Shown here: positions 38,708-48,446 of the stretch, piece by piece | Layout: each line of letters starts with the position of its first letter | Numbering within the stretch: position 1 is the first letter of the stretch | DNA from: an uncultured Candidatus Saccharibacteria bacterium | Lineage (GTDB): Bacteria; Patescibacteriota; Doudnabacteria; UBA920; O2-02-FULL-48-8 | Direction: 5' to 3' | DNA length: 64,000 bases | Assembly: GCA_964605735.1 (NCBI GenBank) | Contig: CAZSDS010000001.1 | Location: 6,771-70,770, forward strand | The notes under the pieces: generated by a model | Told to the model about the DNA's origin: nothing | Database searches by the model: none | Seen by the model: the letters and a program-made list of their open reading frames with translations, nothing else | Made by a program: the position numbers and the translations under genes

Positions 38708-38752
38708 ACCTCTGGACCCTAACAGGGCAGTAGCGCAGGTTTCTCTTTTTTC

Positions 38753-38779
38753 TGTAACTTTTTATCTGGTGAGTCGTTA
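38753..38779 (+). promoter_or_regulatory. ECF-type promoter TGTAAC-N16-CGTTA
   Basis: 28 nt upstream of small ORF at 38808. Confidence 0.55.
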
Positions 38780-38807
38780 ATTAATTAGTGGAGTAAATTT
38801 TCTTGTA

Positions 38808-38924
38808 ATGAAAAAAATCCTTCAAATAATCCTATTCATTTTGGTTTGTGCTTTTTTCTTTAACGTCAATTTCGAATTCAGGCGAGTGGAAGAAACAGAA
38901 AAAGCCAGCGCTGTGGAGCGCTAG
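38808..38924 (+). CDS. 38-aa single-TM microprotein
   Basis: MKKILQIILFILVCAFFFNVNFEFRRVEETEKASAVER*; stop overlaps prmC stop in CTAG. Confidence 0.5.
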   Translation: MKKILQIILFILVCAFFFNVNFEFRRVEETEKASAVER

Positions 38925-39760
38925 GCTGTTTTGTTGTGCTTGCGCCAAATGCGCGCGAAGCGGGGAACCCCTGAAAGGTCTTTGAATATTTCCACCCGGG
39001 AATCTGGCAGATGTTCTTCTGCCAGTTTTTTAATTTCCTCTGCCTGGTCATGCCCGAATTCCAGGTAAATCAAAGGTTTTGATTCAGATTCAGCCAGCTC
39101 TTTAAACAGTTGTTCGTAAAGGGCGAGCCCTCTCTTTTTTGCCACTAGAGCCTCTTTTGGCTCAAATTTAATGCTCGGGTCAGTGATTGCGGGCAAGTAG
39201 GGCAAGTTGGCGACAATAACGTCATAATCCGTGCCAGTGGTTCGGGTCAGGTCACTGCGGTAAAATTTCACTTTCACGCGGTGAGCCGCTGCGTTTTCCT
39301 CAGCAACGGCAAGAGCGCGGGCTGAGAGGTCGGAAGCTGAATAGTGGTTCGCGTTGCTCAGGGTTTTGGCCAAGCTGATGATGATGCAGCCGCTGCCAGT
39401 GCCAATGTCCAGAATTTTGAGGTTATGTTTGCCTTTTAGCTCAAATGCGATCCGCTCGACTAAAATTTCTGTTTCAGGGCGGGGAATGAGCACATGTTTA
39501 TTGACCTTGAACTTATAACCAAAAAACTCTTTAGTCCCAGTAAGATATGCAACGGGTAGCCCTTTTTTTCGGTCTTTGAGTATGTCCAAATACTTCGCGT
39601 ACTTGCTTGGATTTATGTTCAAAAGCCGATTGGAAATCAGATCTTCTTTGCTAAGTCCTGTGACGAACCGCAAAAGCACTTCTGCGTCCAAAGATGGAGA
39701 AGTGCTGTCGGTATTTTCCAAGAATTTTGTGCCTTCGTTTAAGGCTTCCACGTAATTCAC
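38921..39760 (-). CDS. prmC: Release factor glutamine methyltransferase
   Basis: VLIPRPETE, LDIGTGSG, ANLPY; follows prfA. Confidence 0.95.
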   Translation of the reverse strand: MNYVEALNEGTKFLENTDSTSPSLDAEVLLRFVTGLSKEDLISNRLLNINPSKYAKYLDILKDRKKGLPVAYLTGTKEFFGYKFKVNKHVLIPRPETEILVERIAFELKGKHNLKILDIGTGSGCIIISLAKTLSNANHYSASDLSARALAVAEENAAAHRVKVKFYRSDLTRTTGTDYDVIVANLPYLPAITDPSIKFEPKEALVAKKRGLALYEQLFKELAESESKPLIYLEFGHDQAEEIKKLAEEHLPDSRVEIFKDLSGVPRFARIWRKHNKTA

Positions 39761-39762
39761 GA

Positions 39763-40818
39763 TTATTTGGCCACGGTTTCTAATTGTCTGCGCTGGTCCT
39801 CCGCTATCATGGCATCAATGATAGGTCCAAGTTCGCCATCCAGTATCAAACCGATTTGGTTCCAGTTTTGGTTTACGCGGTGGTCGGTGATTCTGTCCTG
39901 AGGGAAGTTGTATGTGCGGATTTTCTCTGAGCGGTCACCTGTGCCGATTTGCGACTTTCGCTTGTCGCGGAGTTCCTTGGCTTTGCGTTCCTCTTCTAAC
40001 GCCATGACGCGGGCGCGCAAAATTTTGAAAGCTTTTTCCCGGTTTTGCGCCTGGGAGCGTTCATCTTGCATGACAACCATGATCCCGGTAGGGATGTGGG
40101 TCATGCGCACCGCCGAGTAAGTGGTGTTAACGGATTGTCCGCCATGCCCGGAGGATGTGGTGGCTTCAATTTTTATGTCCTTAGGGTCAATTTTGAAATC
40201 CACCTCTTCTATTTGCGGCAAAACGGCAACAGTGACGGTTGAGGTGTGTACGCGTCCTGCTTTTTCAGTTTCAGGCACGCGCTGGACGCGGTGCACCCCG
40301 GATTCGTATTTGAATTTTGAGTAAGCACCCGTACCAATGATTTCGAAAATCACTTCCTTGTAGCCGCCGACTGGAGTGCGGTTTGCAGAATCTATGTGCA
40401 CTTTATATCCGTGGCTTTCCGCAAATTTGCTATACATGCGGAAAAGCTCTGCTGCGAAAATAGTGGACTCGTCGCCGCCGGCGCCGGCGCGGATTTCCAT
40501 TATTATGTCATTGTCATCATATGGATCTTTAGGGAGCAGGCCGATTCTGACTTGTTCCTTGAGTTCGGCTGCCTGCTTTTTCAATCCAGGAAGTTCTGCA
40601 GCGGCCATTTCAGAAAGCTCATTTTTTTCTTCAATCAGTTTTTCATTATCCGCAATTTCATTCAGGACTTTCTCAAGGCGGTTGATATTCGTGACCAACG
40701 GCAAAAGCTCGGTTTGCCTTTTACCGAGTTTTTTCAGTTCCTGAGAATCAGTGGTGTTGCTGAGTTTCTCAGAAATTTCGTCATATTCTTTTATGATATG
40801 TGCGTAATTGAGTTCCAT
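39763..40818 (-). CDS. prfA: Peptide chain release factor 1
   Basis: PET motif (VPETE), [19 protein letters not shown]. Confidence 0.97.
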   Translation of the reverse strand: MELNYAHIIKEYDEISEKLSNTTDSQELKKLGKRQTELLPLVTNINRLEKVLNEIADNEKLIEEKNELSEMAAAELPGLKKQAAELKEQVRIGLLPKDPYDDNDIIMEIRAGAGGDESTIFAAELFRMYSKFAESHGYKVHIDSANRTPVGGYKEVIFEIIGTGAYSKFKYESGVHRVQRVPETEKAGRVHTSTVTVAVLPQIEEVDFKIDPKDIKIEATTSSGHGGQSVNTTYSAVRMTHIPTGIMVVMQDERSQAQNREKAFKILRARVMALEEERKAKELRDKRKSQIGTGDRSEKIRTYNFPQDRITDHRVNQNWNQIGLILDGELGPIIDAMIAEDQRRQLETVAK

Positions 40819-41144
40819 TAGATTAGTTCGTACCAAATAACTTTTAGCGCTATGTTAGGAGTGACTGGTTTCTTGTACCTTTCGGAATAATACTTGTACA
40901 TGTCTTCAATGTGTTCGTATTTTTCGTGGCCTTCCCAATCTTTATCCGTGAGGTGCTTAAACAGTTTCTCTTCCACCTTGACTAGCTTTGCGGTGGCAAA
41001 CCTTTCCTTAGTATTGGTGTCGAGAAAATCAACAATGTCGCCAGTCTGGAGGTTTTTGTCGTCAAAAAGACGCCAAGTAATTTTTTTAATGCCTTGTTGA
41101 ATAAACGGTATTACGTGCGAGTCGAATTTTAAAGTTTTGTTCAT
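40818..41144 (-). CDS. ASCH domain protein
   Basis: I..G.KKITWR..DDK...GD signature; start MNKTLKF at 41144. Confidence 0.8.
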   Translation of the reverse strand: MNKTLKFDSHVIPFIQQGIKKITWRLFDDKNLQTGDIVDFLDTNTKERFATAKLVKVEEKLFKHLTDKDWEGHEKYEHIEDMYKYYSERYKKPVTPNIALKVIWYELI

Positions 41145-41214
41145 ATATCTATATGTGTAAATAAAAAACACGCTTGTATATACAAAGTATATAGGGAAGC
41201 GTGCTTTTTGTCCC

Positions 41215-41466
41215 TTAAGCCTGGGTCTTGAGTTTCTTGGTAATGCGCTTTGACTTGAGTTCTGCAGCCTTTGAGGTCTTCTTGCGGAACTTGTCGATGG
41301 TGCCGGCGGTGTCAATCAGGTTCTGTTTGCCGGTATAGAAAGGATGGCAATTTGAACAGATTTCAACGTGCATTTCAGCGAGGGTTGAACCGGTATGGAA
41401 GGTATTACCACAAGCACAAGTGACCTTGGCTTGAGAGTGATATTGTGGGTGGATTGATTCTTTCAT
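41215..41466 (-). CDS. rpmE: 50S ribosomal protein L31 (Zn-binding type)
   Basis: [23 protein letters not shown]. Confidence 0.96.
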   Translation of the reverse strand: MKESIHPQYHSQAKVTCACGNTFHTGSTLAEMHVEICSNCHPFYTGKQNLIDTAGTIDKFRKKTSKAAELKSKRITKKLKTQA

Positions 41467-41776
41467 AGCCCACACAGGATAACACATATCAGCGAATAAA
41501 TCAAGGGCGGGAAGAATTTATCCACAAACTACGGCTTTTGAACAAACTTTTCGCATTTTTGCTGTCGTTGGGAAGTACTTTTTTCCACGTCACAAAATCA
41601 TTACCAGGAATTATGATTTTACTTGCGTTAATTGCTTAATAACCCACTTTAGGCAAAAACCATGAGTTTTTGTTTAGGTGGGTTCTTTATGCGCCATCGT
41701 CAGCAAATTCTTCAAAGGTCGACTGAAGATAGGCAAGCAAGAACGTCAAAGAAAATAATTAAATTCTAAATACAAT

Positions 41777-42370
41777 ATGAAAAAACTTATTGCAGGTCTT
41801 AGTTTGTTTGCTTTGGCCTTTGCGGTCATGCCGGCTGGCGCAGCGACAATCTCCAATGTTGCTGACTCAACTGCGCGGATCACTTACAGGCTTTCCACGT
41901 TGTTGAATTTGAGCAACTCGAACAGTGCTGACATCTCAAATGAAATTGTCACTTCTGCCAACTCGGGGAACAATTCAATTTCCTCATCTGATTTCCAGTC
42001 AGGAACAGGCATTTCTACGGGCAATGCCACTTCTGTTGCCGATATCCTAAATGAGGCGAATGACACTTCAGTAACTACTGAACTGGATACTGACTTTGGT
42101 CCGACGGGCGAAGATCTCGTCACAAACATTTGGGATGATTCTGATGCGAGAATCAGGAACCGACAGCGGGAACGCCAGACTATTTCCAACTCCAATACTG
42201 TGGAAGTAATGAACGCGGTTGTGACTGGCTCTGACACCGGTTCAAATGAAACCACGTCTGATGAAGGATTGCAGGAATCATCCATAACCACTGGAGAAGC
42301 TGCTTCAGCCACAGGCGTAACAAGCAGATTCAACAGGGTAATGGAATCCATTTCCCGCATGATTCGTTAA
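41777..42370 (+). CDS. Secreted N/S/T-rich repeat protein
   Basis: Signal peptide; two repeats of N.N.A.I.N....A.SG.N...I.TG.A. Confidence 0.7.
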   Translation: MKKLIAGLSLFALAFAVMPAGAATISNVADSTARITYRLSTLLNLSNSNSADISNEIVTSANSGNNSISSSDFQSGTGISTGNATSVADILNEANDTSVTTELDTDFGPTGEDLVTNIWDDSDARIRNRQRERQTISNSNTVEVMNAVVTGSDTGSNETTSDEGLQESSITTGEAASATGVTSRFNRVMESISRMIR

Positions 42371-42462
42371 AACATAAGCCAGCGGAGGGGGCATCCCTCA
42401 CCGTTCCCTCCTTGCTTTATGGTTTGGAACAGACTCAGTTTTTATCGCTAAATTAATTAGGA

Positions 42463-45375
42463 ATGAAAATGATAAAAAGGAAAACTATTTCGAGAAAATT
42501 TGCCGATGCCGCGTATGTTGCGGTCGGGGTTTGCCTGATTGCGGCCACTGCCATGTTGCCAATTTTCTCTACTTGGGTTTTAGCCATAGAGGATGAGCCT
42601 GTTTTGGAAAATGCCGCACAGTGTGAATCAACAACTCTGCCTGAAGAAACTGGTGTTGAGGTTGAACCTGATTCTGCTGTCGAAACCCCTGAAGTGGAAG
42701 ATCCTGAGGTCGAAACTCTCGAAACCGAAGCTGTTGAAACAGAAATAAAAGATGAAACGCAGGAGGATGAAACACAGGAAAAGACTGTAGAAGAAAAGGC
42801 AGAATCCCTGCCTGAGGTTAATGAGCCTTCACGGGAAGAAATTGCAGGTGAGGACAACGCAGAACAAGAATTTTCTGAAGGAAATGAATCTAAACCAGCG
42901 CTTGAAGATGAAGGTGATAAGGAAACGGAGGAATTGGACGGGGAAATGGAAAATGAAACTTTTGATTCTGAAACTGTTGCTGAAGAGGAAGGTATTGCGG
43001 TAAAAGAGGAAAGCATTACCGAAATAGAAAATTCAAATACGGTTGATATCTGCAATGATGTTGATTCCGTCGGCAATACGGGAGGCAATGAAATTGAGTC
43101 TGAGGAAACGGCCAGTGATACGGAGATAGAAACAGGGGATGTGAACGTTTACGCCAACGTTTTGAATATAGTAAACACAAACAACATCAATTCAGAAATT
43201 GTTCAGATCACGGAAAACTTCAACAATCTTTCAGCTGATATTTTAATGAACCAGCCGGAGACCACGCCCACCCAAATGAGCCATGATTTGGTTGCGGGGC
43301 TTTGCCAGAACATACACTGCCAGTCGTTAACCACCTTTAAGCTGACCAACAGCAACAATGCAACGGTAAACAATGACATAGACCTGGCTGGGAATTCTGG
43401 CGGCAATTCCATTTCCGGCGCCGGAGAAAATAGCGCTATTCGCACCGGAACTGTAAACGCGTTGGTCAACATCATCAATATCGTCAATAACAATGTCATA
43501 AATTCCCGCTGGACCATTGCGACTTTTAATATTTTCGGCGATTGGGAAGGGGACCTGGTTCTTCCTTCCGAGCTTTATTTTGACCAATACACAACTGTAG
43601 GGGCGGACACAGGCGTAACTGAGCACAACATGAACAAGATAGTTTTGAATGTGAACAATAATAATCAAGCCGCCATCAGCAACAACGTCAACGCGAACGC
43701 AAACAGCGGCGGGAACACTGCCAAAGGCGCAATATTGCAAGATGCTTCAACTGAGACCGGGGATTCGGAAAGCTTAACTAATGTTAAAAATATGGCAAAT
43801 GTATCCCTGGTCAACAGCAGTTGGTTTTTGAATATCGTCAACACTTTGGGAAGCTGGACCGGAAACGTTTATTCTTTGCCGGAAAATATGGATTTTGAGC
43901 AAACTCCTTTAGGTATGACTTTTTTCTCCGCATCAGGGGCGGATGAAAATGCTTTGCAGGAATTCCACGATGCGGTTGGGGGGCTGGCACAAGGGGATGA
44001 AGTGACAATCGAAATAGAAAACAACAACAAGGCGGTGATTAACAACAACGTGGATGTGCAGGCCAATTCCGGCGGAAATGAAATTGATGGCGGTGATCTG
44101 CAGAACACCAGGATCATCACTGGCTACAGCCGCGCCCTGGCCAATATCCTCAATTTTGCAAACATTAATCTGATAAATTCCAACCTCAACGTGGGACTGA
44201 CGAATATTTTCGGGTCGTGGAATGGGAATATTGTTTTTGGTTACCCTGATTTGGCGGTGAACCAGAGTTTGTTGCAGGGAGCCGTGCCTGTCTCCAGCGG
44301 TTCGCGCGTCAATTACGAGTTGCAGTACAGCAACAACTCCGGTTCAACAATGTCCAACGCAGTCATGGCGTGGACATTTGATCCGCAGGTTTATAGTTTT
44401 AGCCACGCTAACATCAAAGGCTTGTTTCCTGTTTCTGACGGAGTTTTGGAGGTGAAGATAGGAAAGCTTGTTCCGATGGCCTCTGGTCGCGTGCAAGTGC
44501 AGTTGAACACCAAAGTTGGTTTGGAGCAAGGGTTTGAGGTCGAAACTGTTTCGGAAATCAGCGGAGGTGGGCCGGAAAAAAATCTTGATAACAACACTCA
44601 CGTTCTCACAGCCCTCGCCTCAGCTTCATATAATGAGGTGCCTGAACTGCCAAACCCTAACGTTACACCCGGTGCCCCTTTTGCGGCTGCGCCGCCGGTA
44701 ACCAGGATGTCGGCGATTTCCAGCGCGCTGTTTACCAAAGTCACCAAAGTTAATGATTCCGCCGGGCGTGAATTGAAAGCAGGTGATTCGGTAAAGTTTA
44801 CAATTACAATCGAAAACCAAAATACCGAAAAAATTTACAGCGCTGTCATGAAAGACCAGATGGTGGGGCCTGACGGGAATACAGTTTCGTTTGATGAGCA
44901 GGAACTTGGCGAGCTTTTGCCGAATGAAAACATTATTTTTGAATATTCGCTGGAGATAACGCAAGAAGTTATGGATGGAACGTACACCAACTATTTTTGG
45001 ATTGAGGGATTGGATAACATGCTGAGGCAGACCAAAACTTTGACCGCGTCCAGCGCCTTTGCCGTCAAACAGGATCCGGTTATGGTGATTAATGAAACCG
45101 AGCAATTGCCGCAGGTGACAATTGTTCCGGACAGACAAACGATCACCCGCGTGGTTAACCCGGCAGTCACGGGTGGGGAGTTACATTTGCCGCCTTTGGT
45201 TTTAGGCTCTGTTATTGACCAGACTCAAGCAGATGACGGTTTCAATGAACCGCAAATTCCTGGTTCGAACGAGCTAATGCAGTTGATTGTCACGCTGGTG
45301 CTGGTTGTAGGGTCTGCAGCGGGGTACGCGATTTACAAGTCAATGCATCGAACAAATAATTTAGGAAGTGGTTAA
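42463..45375 (+). CDS. Large cell-surface protein: acidic region, SGGN repeats, DUF11-like Ig domains, C-terminal TM
   Basis: Signal/TM, E-rich tract, four N(S/T)GGN...TG repeats, YPDLAV and KAGDSVKFTITIEN domains. Confidence 0.75.
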   Translation: MKMIKRKTISRKFADAAYVAVGVCLIAATAMLPIFSTWVLAIEDEPVLENAAQCESTTLPEETGVEVEPDSAVETPEVEDPEVETLETEAVETEIKDETQEDETQEKTVEEKAESLPEVNEPSREEIAGEDNAEQEFSEGNESKPALEDEGDKETEELDGEMENETFDSETVAEEEGIAVKEESITEIENSNTVDICNDVDSVGNTGGNEIESEETASDTEIETGDVNVYANVLNIVNTNNINSEIVQITENFNNLSADILMNQPETTPTQMSHDLVAGLCQNIHCQSLTTFKLTNSNNATVNNDIDLAGNSGGNSISGAGENSAIRTGTVNALVNIINIVNNNVINSRWTIATFNIFGDWEGDLVLPSELYFDQYTTVGADTGVTEHNMNKIVLNVNNNNQAAISNNVNANANSGGNTAKGAILQDASTETGDSESLTNVKNMANVSLVNSSWFLNIVNTLGSWTGNVYSLPENMDFEQTPLGMTFFSASGADENALQEFHDAVGGLAQGDEVTIEIENNNKAVINNNVDVQANSGGNEIDGGDLQNTRIITGYSRALANILNFANINLINSNLNVGLTNIFGSWNGNIVFGYPDLAVNQSLLQGAVPVSSGSRVNYELQYSNNSGSTMSNAVMAWTFDPQVYSFSHANIKGLFPVSDGVLEVKIGKLVPMASGRVQVQLNTKVGLEQGFEVETVSEISGGGPEKNLDNNTHVLTALASASYNEVPELPNPNVTPGAPFAAAPPVTRMSAISSALFTKVTKVNDSAGRELKAGDSVKFTITIENQNTEKIYSAVMKDQMVGPDGNTVSFDEQELGELLPNENIIFEYSLEITQEVMDGTYTNYFWIEGLDNMLRQTKTLTASSAFAVKQDPVMVINETEQLPQVTIVPDRQTITRVVNPAVTGGELHLPPLVLGSVIDQTQADDGFNEPQIPGSNELMQLIVTLVLVVGSAAGYAIYKSMHRTNNLGSG

Positions 45376-45452
45376 GGTTTTGAAAAAACGGCTATCAAAC
45401 AGCCGTTTTTATATGGCTTGCCAAAACTGCCGCTTTATGGTAGACTAGCAAA

Positions 45453-45676
45453 GCATTATTAACCATGCATACTTTTTCGCTCCTGTATCTTCAAGTCCGG
45501 AGAAATGAGCGGATCCGCCAAGCTTTGCTGCGGCGGACTGATGTGTTCGGGCCTGTCTGCGTACAAACCTCTTAGAGATAGAGGACTGTCGCAGATCCGG
45601 AACGCAAATGACGAAAGTAGAAGTTCTGTCGGCTGTTTTAAGCCAACCGGCAGGAAATTAAGGAAAGGAAACAATT
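45453..45676 (+). promoter_or_regulatory. Long structured rpsB 5' leader
   Basis: Promoter TTGCCA-N17-TAGACT (45418-45446); several hairpins; no convincing ORF. Confidence 0.55.
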
Positions 45677-46405
45677 ATGAAAACCATCACATTGATGGAC
45701 ATGCTTAAGGCTGGCGTGCACTTCGGCCACAAAACCTCTCTTTGGAATCCAAAGATGGCGCCGTACATTTACACCCAGCGCAACAACATACACATCTTGG
45801 ATCTGGAAAAGACCAAGACCAAACTGACCCAGGCGTTGAACTACGCCAAGGAAGTCGCGGCCCGGGGCGGTACGATTTTGTTCGTGGGTACAAAGCGCCA
45901 GGCCAAGGAAGTGGTCCGCAAGGCTGCTGAATCAGCTGGTATGCCATACGTGGTAACCCGCTGGCTGGGCGGCACTTTCACCAACTTCCGAACCATTCAG
46001 CGAACCATCAAGAAAATGGAACGCTATGAGAAGATGATCGCGGAAGGCGAGATCAAGAAGTACACAAAGAAGGAACAGCTGATGATCGCCAGGGAACTGG
46101 AAAAAATGAAGCAGTTCTTTTCCGGTATCAAGGACATGAAGAAACTTCCTGACGCTATTTTCGTTTTGGACGTAAAGTACGACCACATTCCGGTTGAGGA
46201 GGCTCGCCAGTCAAAGGTTAAAGTTATTGGCTTGGTTGACACCAACTCAGACCCTTCCAAGGTTGACTACGTCATCCCTTCAAATGACGATGCAATTAAG
46301 GTCATTGAATTCATGGCCAATGCCATGTCTGACGCTATCTTGGCCGGCAGGAAGAACGCCGCTTCAAACGTGATGGTTTCTGAATCAGCGGCTGTTGCTA
46401 AATAA
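45677..46405 (+). CDS. rpsB: 30S ribosomal protein S2
   Basis: AGVHFGH, WNPKM, RWLGG.FTN, NDDAI. Confidence 0.97.
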   Translation: MKTITLMDMLKAGVHFGHKTSLWNPKMAPYIYTQRNNIHILDLEKTKTKLTQALNYAKEVAARGGTILFVGTKRQAKEVVRKAAESAGMPYVVTRWLGGTFTNFRTIQRTIKKMERYEKMIAEGEIKKYTKKEQLMIARELEKMKQFFSGIKDMKKLPDAIFVLDVKYDHIPVEEARQSKVKVIGLVDTNSDPSKVDYVIPSNDDAIKVIEFMANAMSDAILAGRKNAASNVMVSESAAVAK

Positions 46406-46450
46406 TATCAGCAATACAATTACGCAATTTAACAAACAGGAAATAAAATT

Positions 46451-47038
46451 ATGAATTACAAGACAGAGGATATCAAAAAGCTTCGCGAACTGACCGGTGC
46501 AGGCATGATGGATGCCAAGAAAGCCCTGGATGAAGCAAAAGACATGGACGACGCTGTTGCTCTTCTCAGAAAGAAGGGACATGCTTCTTTGGCCAAGAAA
46601 GCTGAGCGCACCACCAAGGAAGGAATCATTTCTTCATATATCCATGCCGGCGGCAAAGTCGGGGTGTTGGTTGAGCTTAACTGCGAGACCGATTTTGTTG
46701 CCCGAAATGAGGAATTCCAACAGCTTGCCACGGAAATTGCTTTGCACATCGCGGCTGCTGCGCCAATCTGCGTGACCAAGGATCAGGTTCCGGCTGACAA
46801 GATTGAGGCTGAAAAGGCAATCTACATGGAGCAGGTCAAAGACAAGCCTGAAAATATGCGCGAGCAGATTGTAAACGGAAAACTGGAAAAATACTACGAA
46901 CAGGTTGTTCTGCTTGAACAGCCGTATGTCCGCGACCCGGATAAGAAGGTTAAGGATTTGCTTGCAGAAAAAGTCGGCAAGTTGGGTGAAAATATCCAAA
47001 TCCGCCGATTTGCCAAATTCACTTTGGGCGCTGAATAG
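46451..47038 (+). CDS. tsf: Elongation factor Ts (short form)
   Basis: LRELTGAGMMDAKKAL, ELNCETDFVA. Confidence 0.97.
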   Translation: MNYKTEDIKKLRELTGAGMMDAKKALDEAKDMDDAVALLRKKGHASLAKKAERTTKEGIISSYIHAGGKVGVLVELNCETDFVARNEEFQQLATEIALHIAAAAPICVTKDQVPADKIEAEKAIYMEQVKDKPENMREQIVNGKLEKYYEQVVLLEQPYVRDPDKKVKDLLAEKVGKLGENIQIRRFAKFTLGAE

Positions 47039-47065
47039 GGCATTCAATAAACGAAATACCAATAA

Positions 47066-47917
47066 ATGATCATATTAAGCTGGATTTTGCTTGTAGTCGG
47101 GCTACTCGGCCTGTTTACGGTTATCCTGGCCAAACTGCCAGGGGTTTTGACAAGGCCGACAATCGGCGGGAGAGTAAGAATTGTCACAGCCGCGGAAGGT
47201 TTATGGTCCTACATTTCAAGGAAGATAAAATACGGCTTGGGTAAAATCTGGCATTTCATTTTGGAAGCAAAGGATTTAAAGCCTACGCCTTTGATCAACC
47301 ACCAGGTGCAGAAAGTCAAACAGGTGTTCAAGGTGCGCATTCGTTCTTCCAAGGAAGAGCCGCTTTGGATGCCTGAGGTAACTGCTGTTATTGATCAGGC
47401 CAAGGCTGCGCCTGATGAGCAGACTGCTGAGCACTTGTACCTGGAAGCAATCAAAACTGACCCGAACAATAAGGAAGCTTATGAGGGTTTGGGCCGCCTG
47501 TATTTGCAGGAAAAAAATTACAAAGAAGCAGCGGAAACTTTTAAGTTTTTGACCCGTTTGGATCCAAAGCGCGACACTTACTGGAGCAATTTGGGTTTGT
47601 CTTTGTATTCGATTCAGGAATACCGCGATGCCGCAAAGGCTTATGAGAAAGCTGTGCAGATGAACGGCAAAATTCCGGCAAGATGGGTAAACCTGTCTTT
47701 GTGCTATGAGGCCATGCATGATTTGCCCCGCATGATCAAGGCGTTGAACCAGGCCGTGCAGTTGGATCGCCGGAATATCAATTACTTGCTCATGCTTTCC
47801 GATGCTTACCTAAAGTATGGGAACAGGGTTAGGGCAGAAGAGGTTCTGGAACAGGTTTTGGCCATTGATCCTACGCACAGGGTTGCACGCGAAAAGCTGA
47901 TGAAGATCAGGATCTAG
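47066..47917 (+). CDS. Membrane-anchored TPR protein
   Basis: N-terminal TM, about 5 TPR repeats. Confidence 0.85.
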   Translation: MIILSWILLVVGLLGLFTVILAKLPGVLTRPTIGGRVRIVTAAEGLWSYISRKIKYGLGKIWHFILEAKDLKPTPLINHQVQKVKQVFKVRIRSSKEEPLWMPEVTAVIDQAKAAPDEQTAEHLYLEAIKTDPNNKEAYEGLGRLYLQEKNYKEAAETFKFLTRLDPKRDTYWSNLGLSLYSIQEYRDAAKAYEKAVQMNGKIPARWVNLSLCYEAMHDLPRMIKALNQAVQLDRRNINYLLMLSDAYLKYGNRVRAEEVLEQVLAIDPTHRVAREKLMKIRI

Positions 47918-47969
47918 GTTGATTTGTAAAGGGTTTTTTGGTAGACTTTTACAGTTAGTCAAAATTTAC

Positions 47970-48044
47970 GCCGGCTTAGCTCAGTGGTAGAGCAACTGTT
48001 TTGTAAACAGTAGGTCGTGGGTTCAAATCCCTCAGCCGGCTCCA
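47970..48044 (+). tRNA. tRNA-Thr(TGT)
   Basis: GCCGGCT...AGCCGGC-TCCA, anticodon loop TTTGTAA. Confidence 0.95.
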
Positions 48045-48045
48045 T

Positions 48046-48131
48046 GGGCAGATGGTAGAGCGGTCAATTACACCAGACTGTAAATCTGGCGCCATTCGGC
48101 TACGCAGGTTCGAATCCTGCTCTGCCCACCA
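48046..48131 (+). tRNA. tRNA-Tyr(GTA)
   Basis: GGGCAGA...TCTGCCC-ACCA, CCAGA-CTGTAAA-TCTGG, long variable arm. Confidence 0.95.
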
Positions 48132-48321
48132 TAGAAAAAAACCGACTTTGGTCGGTTTTTTTCTATTATGTAGACTGTGCGGATTCGAACGGGCAGAAGT
48201 GAGACAAGTCGGTGAGCGACGATGCCGAACGTCGAAAAATGTACAGTGTACATTTTTCGCTGCCCTGTCTACGCCAGTTGCAACGAGCGTTGAGAATCCT
48301 GCTCTGCCCACCATAGAAAAA
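48112..48321 (+). repeat. 28-bp direct repeat of tRNA-Tyr 3' end flanking a palindromic insert
   Basis: GAATCCTGCTCTGCCCACCATAGAAAAA at 48112-48139 and 48294-48321. Confidence 0.85.
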
Positions 48322-48446
48322 TTCCTCACCGAAAGGTGGGGAATTTTTCTATTTGTAGACTTTTATGACTTTGCATAAAAATATGCTTTCAGGTGTGTGC
48401 ATTTTGAGACCTTGACTTCTTTCATAAAGCATGGTAATCTTATACA

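Noticed and set aside
41518-41526. Perfect DnaA box TTATCCACA (weaker ones near 20568, 27877, 52680) as oriC
   Set aside because: Isolated boxes, no dense cluster, and no dnaA/dnaN nearby.
45535-45620. Hammerhead ribozyme (CUGAUG...CGAAA) in rpsB leader
   Set aside because: Core reads CUGAUGU rather than CUGANGA and the required three-stem junction with a cleavage triplet is not evident.
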